From: Auanema rhodensis | Lineage: Eukaryota; Animalia; Nematoda | Length of the DNA stretch: 64,000 nt | NCBI GenBank assembly: GCA_964057225.1 | Contig: CAXKVF010000090.1 | Location: forward strand, 1 to 64,000 | Direction of reading: 5' to 3' | Part shown: positions 1 to 15,000 of the stretch, one piece after another | Numbering within the stretch: position 1 is the first letter of the stretch | Layout of the letters: every line of letters begins with the position of its first letter | Notes under the pieces: model-generated | What the model saw: the letters and a program-made list of their open reading frames with translations, nothing else | What the model was told of the DNA's origin: nothing | Databases searched by the model: none | Translations under genes and position numbers: made by a program

Positions 1-3000
1 CTTTGAAATTTACGTGAACTTTAATTTATGCTAATTAAATGTCCACGTGATGTGCACTTGGTATGTAACTCGCTTCACGTGAAAGATAAAGAGATGCGGT
101 TTTCAAATTAGATTCCCCATGTCCATATTAGTCTAAAAACAAATTTTTATTGATATTGGTGCATGGTAACCAGTCGAGCGCTCTTGAAATTTACGTGAAC
201 TTTAATTTATGCTAATTAAATGTACACGTGATGTGCACTTGGTATGTAACTCGCTTCACGTGAAAGATAAAGAGATGCGGTTTTCAAAATTAGATTCCCC
301 ATGTCCATATTAGTCTAAAAACAAATTTTTATTGATATTGGTGCATGGTAACCATGACTTTGAAATTTACGTGAACTTTAATTTATGCTAATTAAATGTA
401 CACGTGATGTGCACTTGGTATGTAACTCGCTTCACGTGAAAGATAAAGAGATGCGGTTTCAAAATTAGATTCCCCATGTCCATATTAGTCTAAAAACAAA
501 TTTTTATTGATATTGGTGCATGGTAACCATGACTTTGAAATTTACGTGAACTTTAATTTATGCTAATTAAATGTACACGTGATGTGCACTTGGTATGTAA
601 CTCGCTTCACGTGAAAGATAAAGAGATGCGGTTTTCAAAATTAGATTCCCCATGTCCATATTAGTCTAAAAACAAATTTTTATTGATATTGGTGCATGGT
701 AACCATGACTTTGAATTTACGTGAACTTTAATTTATGCTAATTAAATGTACACGTGATGTGCACTTGGTATGTAACTCGCTTCACGTGAAAGATAAAGAG
801 ATGCGGTTTTCAAAATTAGATTCCCCATGTCCATATTAGTCTAAAAACAAATTTTTATTGATATTGGTGCATGGTAACCATGACTTTGAAATTTACGTGA
901 ACTTTAATTTATGCTAATTAAATGTACACGTGATGTGCACTTGGTATGTAACTCGCTTCACGTGAAAGATAAAGAGATGCGGTTTTCAAAATTAGATTCC
1001 CCATGTCCATATTAGTCTAAAAACAAATTTTTATTGATATTGGTGCATGGTAACCATGACTTTGAAATTTACGTGAACTTTAATTTATGCTAATTAAATG
1101 TACACGTGATGTGCACTTGGTATGTAACTCGCTTCACGTGAAAGATAAAGAGATGCGGTTTTCAAAATTAGATTCCCCATGTCCATATTAGTCTAAAAAC
1201 AAATTTTTATTGATATTGGTGCATGGTAACCATGACTTTGAATTTTACGTGAACTTTAATTTATGCTAATTAAATGTACACGTGATGTGCACTTGGTATG
1301 TAACTCGCTTCACGTGAAAGATAAAGAGATGCGGTTTTCAAAATTAGATTCCCCATGTCCATATTAGTCTAAAACAAATTTTTATTGATATTGGTGCATG
1401 GTAATCATGACTTTGAAATTTACGTGAACTTTAATTTATGCTAATTAAATGTACACGTGATGTGCACTTGGTATGTAACTCGCTTCACGTGAAATATAAA
1501 GAGATGCGGTTTTCAAATTAGATTCCCCATGTCCATATTAGTCTAAAAACAAATTTTTATTGATATTGGTGCATGGTAGCATGACTTTGAAATTTACGTG
1601 AACTTTAATTTATGCTAATTAAATGTACACGTGATGTGCACTTGGTATGTAACTCGCTTCACGTGAAAGATAAAGAGATGCGGTTTTCAAAATTAGATTC
1701 CCCATGTCCATATTAGTCTAAATACAAATTTTTATTGATATTGGTGCATGGTAACCATGACTTTGAAATTTACGTGAACTTTAATTTATGCTAATTAAAT
1801 GTACACGTGATGTGCACTTGGTATGTAACTCGCTTCACGTGAAAGATAAAGAGATGCGGTTTTCAAAATTAGATTCCCCATGTCCATATTAGTCTAAAAA
1901 CAAATTTTTATTGATATTGGTTCATGGTAACCATGACTTTGAAATTTACGTGAACTTTAATTTATGCTAATTAAATGTACACGTGATGTGCACTTGGTAT
2001 GTAACTCGCTTCACGTGAAAGATAAAGAGATGCGGTTTTCAAAATTAGATTCCCCATGTCCATATTAGTCTAAAAACAAATTTTTATTGATATTGGTTCA
2101 TGGTAACCATGACTTTGAAATTTACGTGAACTTTAATTTATGCTAATTAAATGTACACGTGATGTGCACTTGGTATGTAACTCGCTTCACGTGAAAGATA
2201 AAGAGATGTGGTTTTCAAAATTAGATTCCCCATGTCCATATTAGTCTAAAAACAAATTTTTATTGATATTGGTTCATGGTAACCATGACTTTGAAATTTA
2301 CGTGAACTTTAATTTATGCTAATTAAATGTACACGTGATGTGCACTTGGTATGTAACTCGCTTCACGTGAAAGATAAAGAGATGCGGTTTTCAAAATTAG
2401 ATTCCACATGTCCATATTAGTCTAAAAACAAATTTTTATTGATATTGGTTCATGGTAACCATGACTTTGAAATTTACGTGAACTTTAATTTATGCTAATT
2501 AAATGTACACGTGATGTGCACTTGGTATGTAACTCGCTTCACGTGAAAGATAAAGAGATGCGGTTTTCAAAATTAGATTCCCCATGTCCATATTAGTCTA
2601 AAAACAAATTTTTATTGATATTGGTGCATGGTAACCATGACTTTGAAATTTACGTGAACTTTAATTTATGCTAATTAAATGTACACGTGATGTGCACTTG
2701 GTATGTAACTCGCTTCACGTGAAAGATAAAGAGATGCGGTTTTCAAAATTAGATTCCCCATGTCCATATTAGTCTAAAAACAAATTTTTATTGATATTGG
2801 TGCATGGTAACCATGACTTTGAAATTTACGTGAACTTTAATTTATGCTAATTAAATGTACACGTGATGTGCACTTGGTATGTAACTCGCTTCACGTGAAA
2901 GATAAAGAGATGCGGTTTTCAAAATTAGATTCCCCATGTCCATATTAGTCTAAAAACAAATTTTTATTGATATTGGTGCATGGTAACCATGACTTTGAAT

Positions 3001-6000
3001 TTTACGTGAACTTTAATTTATGCTAATTAAATGTACACGTGATGTGCACTTGGTATGTAACTCGCTTCACGTGAAAGATAAAGAGATGCGGTTTTCAAAA
3101 TTAGATTCCCCATGTCCATATTAGTCTAAAAACAAATTTTTATTGATATTGGTGCATGGTAACCATGACTTTGAAATTTACGTGAACTTTAATTTATGCT
3201 AATTAAATGTACACGTGATGTGCACTTGGTATGTAACTCGCTTCACGTGAAAGATAAAGAGATGCGGTTTTCAAAATTAGATTCCCCATGTCAATATTAG
3301 TCTAAAAACAAATTTTTATTGATATTGGTTCATGGTAACCATGACTTTGAAATTTACGTGAACTTTAATTTATGCTAATTAAATGTACACGTGATGTGCA
3401 CTTGGTATGTAACTCGCTTCACGTGAAAGATAAAGAGATGCGGTTTTCAAGATTAGATTCCCATGTCCATATTAGTCTGAAAACAAATTTTTATTGATAT
3501 TGGTTCATGGTAACCATGACTTTGAAATTTACGTGAACTTTAATTTATGCTAATTAAATGTACACGTGATGTGCACTTGGTATGTAACTCGCTTCACGTG
3601 AAAGATAAAGAGATGCGGTTTTCAAAATTAGATTCCCCATGTCAATATTAGTCTAAAACAAATTTTTATTGATATTGGTTCATGGTAACCATGACTTTGA
3701 AATTTACGTGAACTTTAATTTATGCTAATTAAATGTACACGTGATGTGCACTTGGTATGTAACTCGCTTCACGTGAAAGATAAAGAGATGCGGTTTTCAA
3801 GATTAGATTCCCCATGTCCATATTAGTCTGAAAACAAATTTTTATTGATATTGGTTCATGGTAACCATGACTTTGAAATTTACGTGAACTTTAATTTATG
3901 CTAATTAAATGTACACGTGATGTGCACTTGGTATGTAACTCGCTTCACGTGAAAGATAAAGAGATGCGGTTTTCAAAATTAGATTCCCCATGTCAATATT
4001 AGTCTAAAAACAAATTTTTATTGATATTGGTTCATGGTAACCATGACTTTGAAATTTACGTGAACTTTAATTTATGCTAATTAAATGTACACGTGATGTG
4101 CACTTGGTATGTAACTCGCTTCACGTGAAAGATAAAGAGATGCGGTTTTCAAAATTAGATTCCCCATGTCAATATTAGTCTAAAAACAAATTTTTATTGA
4201 TATTGGTGCATGGTAACCATGACTTTGAAATTTACGTGAACTTTAATTTATGCTAATTAAATGTACACGTGATGTGCACTTGGTATGTAACTCGCTTCAC
4301 GTGAAAGATAAAGAGATGCGGTTTTCAAAATTAGATTCCCCATGTCCATATTAGTCTAAAAACAAATTTTTATTGATATTGGTGCATGGTAACCATGACT
4401 TTGAAATTTACGTGAACTTTAATTTATGCTAATTAAATGTACACGTGATGTGCACTTGGTATGTAACTCGCTTCACGTGAAAGATAAAGAGATGCGGTTT
4501 TCAAAATTAGATTCCCCATGTCCATATTAGTCTAAAAACAAATTTTTATTGATATTGGTGCATGGTAACCATGACTTTGAAATTTACGTGAACTTTAATT
4601 TATGCTAATTAAATGTACACGTGATGTGCACTTGGTATGTAACTCGCTTCACGTGAAAGATAAAGAGATGCGGTTTTCAAAATTAGATTCCCCATGTCCA
4701 TATTAGTCTAAAAACAAATTTTTATTGATATTGGTGCATGGTAACCATGACTTTGAATTTTACGTGAACTTTAATTTATGCTAATTAAATGTACACGTGA
4801 TGTGCACTTGGTATGTAACTCGCTTCACGTGAAAGATAAAGAGATGCGGTTTTCAAAATTAGATTCCCCATGTCCATATTAGTCTAAAACAAATTTTTAT
4901 TGATATTGGTTCATGGTAACCATGACTTTGAAATTTACGTGAACTTTAATTTATGCTAATTAAATGTACACGTGATGTGCACTTGGTATGTAACTCGCTT
5001 CACGTGGAAGATAAAGAGATGCGGTTTTCAAAATTAGATTCCCCATGTCCATATTAGTCTAAAAACAAATTTTTATTGATATTGCTTCATGGTAACCATG
5101 ACTTTGAAATTTACGTGAACTTTAATTTATGCTAATTAAATGTACACGTGATGTGCACTTGGTATGTAATTCGCTTCACGTGAAGATAAAGAGATGCGGT
5201 TTTCAAAATTAGATTCCCATGTCCATATTAGTCTAAAAACAAATTTTTATTGATATTGGTTCATGGTAACCATGACTTTGAAATTTACGTGAACTTTAAT
5301 TTATGCTAATTAAATGTACACGTGATGTGCACTTGGTATGTAACTCGCTTCACGTGAAAGATAAAGAGATGCGGTTTTCAAGATTAGATTCCCCATGTCC
5401 ATATTAGTCTGAAAACAAATTTTTATTGATATTGGTTCATGGTAACCATGACTTTGAAATTTACGTGAACTTTAATTTATGCTAATTAAATGTACACGTG
5501 ATGTGCACTTGGTATGTAACTCGCTTCACGTGAAAGATAAAGAGATGCGGTTTTCAAATTAGATTCCCCATGTCAATATTAGTCTAAAACAAATTTTTAT
5601 TGATATTGGTTCATGGTAACCATGACTTTGAAATTTACGTGAACTTTAATTTATGCTAATTAAATGTACACGTGATGTGCACTTGGTATGTAACTCGCTT
5701 CACGTGAAAGATAAAGAGATGCGGTTTTCAAATTAGATTCCCCATGTCAATATTAGTCTAAAAACAAATTTTTATTGATATTGGTGCATGGTAACCATGA
5801 CTTTGAAATTTACGTGAACTTTAATTTATGCTAATTAAATGTACACGTGATGTGCACTTGGTATGTAACTCGCTTCACGTGAAAGATAAAGAGATGCGGT
5901 TTTCAAAATTAGATTCCCCATGTCCATATTAGTCTAAAAACAAATTTTTATTGATATTGGTGCATGGTAACCATGACTTTGAAATTTACGTGAACTTTAA

Positions 6001-9000
6001 TTTATGCTAATTAAATGTACACGTGATGTGCACTTGGTATGTAACTCGCTTCACGTGAAAGATAAAGAGATGCGGTTTTCAAAATTAGATTCCCCATGTC
6101 CATATTAGTCTAAAAACAAATTTTTATTGATATTGGTGCATGGTAACCATGACTTTGAAATTTACGTGAACTTTAATTTATGCTAATTAAATGTACACGT
6201 GATGTGCACTTGGTATGTAACTCGCTTCACGTGAAAGATAAAGAGATGCGGTTTTCAAAATTAGATTCCCCATGTCCATATTAGTCTAAAAACAAATTTT
6301 TATTGATATTGGTGCATGGTAACCATGACTTTGAATTTTACGTGAACTTTAATTTATGCTAATTAAATGTACACGTGATGTGCACTTGGTATGTAACTCG
6401 CTTCACGTGAAAGATAAAGAGATGCGGTTTTCAAAATTAGATTCCCCATGTCCATATTAGTCTAAAAACAAATTTTTATTGATATTGGTTCATGGTAACC
6501 ATGACTTTGAAATTTACGTGAACTTTAATTTATGCTAATTAAATGTACACGTGATGTGCACTTGGTATGTAACTCGCTTCACGTGGAAGATAAAGAGATG
6601 CGGTTTTCAAAATTAGATTCCCCATGTCCATATTAGTCTAAAAACAAATTTTTATTGATATTGCTTCATGGTAACCATGACTTTGAAATTTACGTGAACT
6701 TTAATTTATGCTAATTAAATGTACACGTGATGTGCACTTGGTATGTAATTCGCTTCACGTGAAAGATAAAGAGATGCGGTTTTCAAAATTAGATTCCCAT
6801 GTCCATATTAGTCTAAAAACAAATTTTTATTGATATTGGTTCATGGTAACCATGACTTTGAAATTTACGTGAACTTTAATTTATGCTAATTAAATGTACA
6901 CGTGATGTGCACTTGGTATGTAACTCGCTTCACGTGAAAGATAAAGAGATGCGGTTTTCAAAATTAGATTCCCCATGTCCATATTAGTCTAAAAACAAAT
7001 TTTTATTGATATTGGTGCATGGTAACCATGACTTTGAAATTTACGTGAACTTTAATTTATGCTAATTAAATGTACACGTGATGTGCACTTGGTATGTAAC
7101 TCGCTTCACGTGAAAGATAAAGAGATGCGGTTTTCAAAATTAGATTCCACATGTCCATATTAGTCTAAAAACAAATTTTATTGATATTGGTTCATGGTAA
7201 CCATGACTTTGAAATTTACGTGAACTTTAATTTATGCTAATTAAATGTACACGTGATGTGCACTTGGTATGTAACTCGCTTCACGTGAAAGATAAAGAGA
7301 TGCGGTTTTCAAAATTAGATTCCCCATGTCCATATTAGTCTAAAAACAAATTTTTATTGATATTGGTGCATGGTAACCATGACTTTGAAATTTACGTGAA
7401 CTTTAATTTATGCTAATTAAATGTACACGTGATGTGCACTTGGTATGTAACTCGCTTCACGTGAAAGATAAAGAGATGCGGTTTTCAAAATTAGATTCCC
7501 CATGTCCATATTAGTCTAAAAACAAATTTTTATTGATATTGGTGCATGGTAACCATGACTTTGAAATTTACGTGAACTTTAATTTATGCTAATTAAATGT
7601 ACACGTGATGTGCACTTGGTATGTAACTCGCTTCACGTGAAAGATAAAGAGATGCGGTTTTCAAAATTAGATTCCCCATGTCCATATTAGTCTAAAAACA
7701 AATTTTTATTGATATTGGTGCATGGTAACCATGACTTTGAATTTTACGTGAACTTTAATTTATGCTAATTAAATGTACACGTGATGTGCACTTGGTATGT
7801 AACTCGCTTCACGTGAAAGATAAAGAGATGCGGTTTTCAAAATTAGATTCCCCATGTCCATATTAGTCTAAAAACAAATTTTTATTGATATTGGTGCATG
7901 GTAACCATGACTTTGAAATTTACGTGAACTTTAATTTATGCTAATTAAATGTACACGTGATGTGCACTTGGTATGTAACTCGCTTCACGTGAAAGATAAA
8001 GAGATGCGGTTTTCAAAATTATATTCCCCATGTCCATATTAGTCTAAAAACAAATTTTTATTGATATTGGTTCATGGTAACCATGACTTTGAAATTTACG
8101 TGAACTTTAATTTATGCTAATTAAATGTACACGTGATGTGCACTTGGTATGTAACTCGCTTCACGTGAAAGATAAAGAGATGCGGTTTTCAAAATTAGAT
8201 TCCCATGTCCATATTAGTCTAAAAACAAATTTTTATTGATATTGGTGCATGGTAACCATGACTTTGAAATTTACGTGAACTTTAATTTATGCTAATTAAA
8301 TGTACACGTGATGTGCACTTGGTATGTAACTCGCTTCACGTGAAAGATAAAGAGATGCGGTTTTCAAAATTAGATTCCCCATGTCCATATTAGTCTAAAA
8401 ACAAATTTTTATTGATATTGGTGCATGGTAACCATGACTTTGAATTTTACGTGAACTTTAATTTATGCTAATTAAATGTACACGTGATGTGCACTTGGTA
8501 TGTAACTCGCTTCACGTGAAAGATAAAGAGATGCGGTTTTCAAAATTAGATTCCCCATGTCCATATTAGTCTAAAAACAAATTTTTATTGATATTGGTGC
8601 ATGGTAATCATGACTTTGAAATTTACGTGAACTTTAATTTATGCTAATTAAATGTACACGTGATGTGCACTTGGTATGTAACTCGCTTCACGTGAAATAT
8701 AAAGAGATGCGGTTTTCAAAATTAGATTCCCCATGTCCATATTAGTCTAAAAACAAATTTTTATTGATATTGGTGCATGGTAGCCATGACTTTGAAATTT
8801 ACGTGAACTTTAATTTATGCTAATTAAATGTACACGTGATGTGCACTTGGTATGTAACTCGCTTCACGTGAAAGATAAAGAGATGCGGTTTTCAAAATTA
8901 GATTCCCCATGTCCATATTAGTCTAAATACAAATTTTTATTGATATTGGTGCATGGTAACCATGACTTTGAAATTTACGTGAACTTTAATTTATGCTAAT

Positions 9001-12000
9001 TAAATGTACACGTGATGTGCACTTGGTATGTAACTCGCTTCACGTGAAAGATAAAGAGATGCGGTTTTCAAAATTAGATTCCCCATGTCCATATTAGTCT
9101 AAAAACAAATTTTTATTGATATTGGTTCATGGTAACCATGACTTTGAAATTTACGTGAACTTTAATTTATGCTAATTAAATGTACACGTGATGTGCACTT
9201 GGTATGTAACTCGCTTCACGTGAAAGATAAAGAGATGCGGTTTTCAAAATTAGATTCCCCATGTCCATATTAGTCTAAAAACAAATTTTTATTGATATTG
9301 GTTCATGGTAACCATGACTTTGAAATTTACGTGAACTTTAATTTATGCTAATTAAATGTACACGTGATGTGCACTTGGTATGTAATTCGCTTCACGTGAA
9401 AGATAAAGAGATGTGGTTTTCAAAATTAGATTCCCCATGTCCATATTAGTCTAAAAACAAATTTTTATTGATATTGGTTCATGGTAACCATGACTTTGAA
9501 ATTTACGTGAACTTTAATTTATGCTAATTAAATGTACACGTGATGTGCACTTGGTATGTAACTCGCTTCACGTGAAAGATAAAGAGATGCGGTTTTCAAA
9601 ATTAGATTCCCCATGTCCATATTAGTCTAAAAACAAATTTTTATTGATATTGGTTCATGGTAACCATGACTTTGAAATTTACGTGAACTTTAATTTATGC
9701 TAATTAAACGTACACGTGATGTGCACTTGGTATGTAACTCGCTTCACGTGAAAGATAAAGAGATGCGGTTTTCAAAATTAGATTCCCCATGTCCATATTA
9801 GTCTAAAAACAAATTTTTATTGATATTGGTGCATGGTAATCATGACTTTGAAATTTACGTGAACTTTAATTTATGCTAATTAAATGTACACTTGATGTGC
9901 ACTTGGTATGTAACTCGCTTCACGTGAAATATAAAGAGATGCGGTTTTCAAAATTAGATTCCCCATGTCCATATTAGTCTAAAAACAAATTTTTATTGAT
10001 ATTGGTGCATGGTAGCCATGACTTTGAAATTTACGTGAACTTTAATTTATGCTAATTAAATGTACACGTGATGTGCACTTGGTATGTAACTCGCTTCACG
10101 TGAAAGATAAAGAGATGCGGTTTTCAAAATTAGATTCCCCATGTCCATATTAGTCTAAAAACAAATTTTTATTGATATTGGTGCATGGTAACCATGACTT
10201 TGAAATTTACGTGAACTTTAATTTATGCTAATTAAATGTACACGTGATGTGCACTTGGTATGTAACTCGCTTCACGTGAAAGATAAAGAGATGCGGTTTT
10301 CAAAATTAGATTCCCCATGTCCATATTAGTCTAAAAACAAATTTTTATTGATATTGGTTCATGGTAACCATGACTTTGAAATTTACGTGAACTTTAATTT
10401 ATGCTTATTAAATGTACACGTGATGTGCACTTGGTATGTAACTCGCTTCACGTGAAAGATAAAGAGATGCGGTTTTCAAAATTAGATTCCCCATGTCCAT
10501 ATTAGTCTAAAAACAAATTTTTATTGATATTGGTGCATGGTAACCATGACTTTGAAATTTACGTGAACTTTAATTTATGCTAATTAAATGTACACGTGAT
10601 GTGCACTTGGTATGTAACTCGCTTCACGTGAAAGATAAAGAGATGCGGTTTTCAAAATTAGATTCCCCATGTCCATATTAGTCTAAAAACAAATTTTTAT
10701 TGATATTGGTGCATGGTAACCATGACTTTGAAATTTACGTGAACTTTAATTTATGCTAATTAAATGTACACGTGATGTGCACTTGGTATGTAACTCGCTT
10801 CACGTGAAAGATAAAGAGATGCGGTTTTCAAAATTAGATTACCCATGTCCATATTAGTCTAAAAACAAATTTTTATTGATATTGGTGCATGGTAATCATG
10901 ACTTTGAAATTTACGTGAACTTTAATTTATGCTAATTAAATGTACACGTGATGTGCACTTGGTATGTAACTCGCTTCACGTGAAATATAAAGAGATGCGG
11001 TTTTCAAAATTAGATTCCCCATGTCCATATTAGTCTAAAAACAAATTTTTATTGATATTGGTGCATGGTAGCCATGACTTTGAAATTTACGTGAACTTTA
11101 ATTTATGCTAATTAAATGTACACGTGATGTGCACTTGGTATGTAACTCGCTTCACGTGAAAGATAAAGAGATGCGGTTTTCAAAATTAGATTCCCCATGT
11201 CCATATTAGTCTAAAAACAAATTTTTATTGATATTGGTGCATGGTAACCATGACTTTGAAATTTACGTGAACTTTAATTTATGCTAATTAAATGTACACG
11301 TGATGTGCACTTGGTATGTAACTCGCTTCACGTGAAAGATAAAGAGATGCGGTTTTCAAAATTAGATTCCCCATGTCCATATTAGTCTAAAAACAAATTT
11401 TTATTGATATTGGTTCATGGTAACCATGACTTTGAAATTTACGTGAACTTTAATTTATGCTAATTAAATGTACACGTGATGTGCACTTGGTATGTAACTC
11501 GCTTCACGTGAAAGATAAAGAGATGCGGTTTTCAAAATTAGATTCCCCATGTCCATATTAGTCTAAAAACAAATTTTTATTGATATTGGTTCATGGTAAC
11601 CATGACTTTGAAATTTACGTGAACTTTAATTTATGCTAATTAAATGTACACGTGATGTGCACTTGGTATGTAACTCGCTTCACGTGAAAGATAAAGAGAT
11701 GCGGTTTTCAAAATTAGATTCCCCATGTCCATATTAGTCTAAAAACAAATTTTTATTGATATTGGTTCATGGTAACCATGACTTTGAAATTTACGTGAAC
11801 TTTAATTTATGCTAATTAAATGTACACGTGATGTGCACTTGGTATGTAACTCGCTTCACGTGAAAGATAAAGAGATGCGGTTTTCAAAATTAGATTCCCC
11901 ATGTCCATATTAGTCTAAAAACAAATTTTTATTGATATTGGTGCATGGTAACCATGACTTTGAAATTTACGTGAACTTTAATTTATGCTAATTAAATGTA

Positions 12001-15000
12001 CACGTGATGTGCACTTGGTATGTAACTCGCTTCACGTGAAAGATAAAGAGATGCGGTTTTCAAAATTAGATTCCCCATGTCCATATTAGTCTAAAAACAA
12101 ATTTTTATTGATATTGGTTCATGGTAACCATGACTTTGAAATTTACGTGAACTTTAATTTATGCTAATTAAATGTACACGTGATGTGCACTTGGTATGTA
12201 ACTCGCTTCACGTGAAAGATAAAGAGATGCGGTTTTCAAAATTAGATTCCCCATGTCCATATTAGTCTAAAAACAAATTTTTATTGATATTGGTGCATGG
12301 TAACCATGACTTTGAAATTTACGTGAACTTTAATTTATGCTAATTAAATGTACACGTGATGTGCACTTGGTATGTAACTCGCTTCACGTGAAAGATAAAG
12401 AGATGCGGTTTTCAAAATTAGATTCCCCATGTCCATATTAGTCTAAAAACAAATTTTTATTGATATTGGTTCATGGTAACCATGACTTTGAAATTTACGT
12501 GAACTTTAATTTATGCTAATTAAATGTACACGTGATGTGCACTTGGTATGTAACTCGCTTCACGTGAAAGATAAAGAGATGCGGTTTTCAAAATTAGATT
12601 CCCCATGTCCATATTAGTCTAAAAACCAATTTTTATTGATATTGGTGCATGGTAACCATGACTTTGAAATTTACGTGAACTTTAATTTATGCTAATTAAA
12701 TGTACACGTGATGTGCACTTGGTATGTAACTCGCTTCACGTGAAAGATAAAGAGATGCGGTTTTCAAAATTAGATTCCCCATGTCCATATTAGTCTAAAA
12801 ACAAATTTTTATTGATATTGGTGCATGGTAACCATGACTTTGAAATTTACGTGAACTTTAATTTATGCTAATTAAATGTACACGTGATGTGCACTTGGTA
12901 TGTAACTCGCTTCACGTGAAAGATAAAGAGATGCGGTTTTCAAAATTAGATTCCCCATGTCCATATTAGTCTAAAAACAAATTTTTATTGATATTGGTTC
13001 ATGGTAACCATGACTTTGAAATTTACGTGAACTTTAATTTATGCTAATTAAATGTACACGTGATGTGCACTTGGTATGTAACTCGCTTCACGTGAAAGAT
13101 AAAGAGATGCGGTTTTCAAAATTAGATTCCCCATGTCCATATTAGTCTAAAAACCAATTTTTATTGATATTGGTGCATGGTAACCATGACTTTGAAATTT
13201 ACGTGAACTTTAATTTATGCTAATTAAATGTACACGTGATGTGCACTTGGTATGTAACTCGCTTCACGTGAAAGATAAAGAGATGCGGTTTTCAAAATTA
13301 GATTCCCCATGTCCATATTAGTCTAAAAACAAATTTTTATTGATATTGGTGCATGGTAACCATGACTTTGAAATTTACGTGAACTTTAATTTATGCTAAT
13401 TAAATGTACACGTGATGTGCACTTGGTATGTAACTCGCTTCACGTGAAAGATAAAGAGATGCGGTTTTCAAAATTAGATTCCCCATGTCCATATTAGTCT
13501 AAATACAAATTTTTATTGATATTGGTGCATGGTAACCATGACTTTGAAATTTACGTGAACTTTAATTTATGCTAATTAAATGTACACGTGATGTGCACTT
13601 GGTATGTAACTCGCTTCACGTGAAAGATAAAGAGATGCGGTTTTCAAAATTAGATTCCCCATGTCCATATTAGTCTAAAAACAAATTTTTATTGATATTG
13701 GTTCATGGTAACCATGACTTTGAAATTTACGTGAACTTTAATTTATGCTAATTAAATGTACACGTGATGTGCACTTGGTATGTAACTCGCTTCACGTGAA
13801 AGATAAAGAGATGCGGTTTTCAAAATTAGATTCCCCATGTCCATATTAGTCTAAAAACAAATTTTTATTGATATTGGTGCATGGTAACCATGACTTTGAA
13901 ATTTACGTGAACTTTAATTTATGCTAATTAAATGTACACGTGATGTGCACTTGGTATGTAACTCGCTTCACGTGAAAGATAAAGAGATGCGGTTTTCAAA
14001 ATTAGATTCCCCATGTCCATATTAGTCTAAATACAAATTTTTATTGATATTGGTGCATGGTAACCATGACTTTGAAATTTACGTGAACTTTAATTTATGC
14101 TAATTAAATGTACACGTGATGTGCACTTGGTATGTAACTCGCTTCACGTGAAAGATAAAGAGATGCAGTTTTCAAAATTAGATTCCCCATGTCCATATTA
14201 GTCTAAAAACGAATTTTTATTGATATTGGTTCATGGTAACCATGACTTTGAAATTTACGTGAACTTTAATTTATGCTAATTAAATGTACACGTGATGTGC
14301 ACTTGGTTTGTAACTCGCTTCACGTGAAAGATAAAGAGATGCGGTTTTCAAAATTAGATTCCCCATGTCCATATTAGTCTAAAAACAAATTTTTATTGAT
14401 ATTGGTGCATGGTAACCATGACTTTGAAATTTACGTGAACTTTAATTTATGCTAATTAAATGTACACGTGATGTGCACTTGGTATGTAACTCGCTTCACG
14501 TGAAAGATAAAGAGATGCGGTTTTCAAAATTAGATTCCCCATGTCCATATTAGTCTAAAAACAAATTTTTATTGATATTGGTGCATGGTAACCATGACTT
14601 TGAAATTTACGTGAACTTTAATTTATGCTAATTAAATGTACACGTGATGTGCACTTGGTATGTAACTCGCTACACGTGAAAGATAAAGAGATGCGGTTTT
14701 CAAAATTAGATTCCCCATGTCCATATTAGTCTAAATACAAATTTTTATTGATATTGGTGCATGGTAACCATGACTTTGAAATTTACGTGAACTTTAATTT
14801 ATGCTAATTAAATGTACACGTGATGTGCACTTGGTATGTAACTCGCTTCACGTGAAAGATAAAGAGATGCGGTTTTCAAAATTAGATTCCCCATGTCCAT
14901 ATTAGTCTAAAAACAAATTTTTATTGATATTGGTTCATGGTAACCATGACTTTGAAATTTACGTGAACTTTAATTTATGCTAATTAAATGTACACGTGAT

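Noticed and set aside
171-186. Aberrant monomer junction CAGTCGAGCGCTCTTGAA
   Set aside because: Single occurrence at the window start, in a region (1 to ~8.2 kb) rich in 1-bp homopolymer deletions that nearly vanish further in. Most likely low-coverage consensus error.
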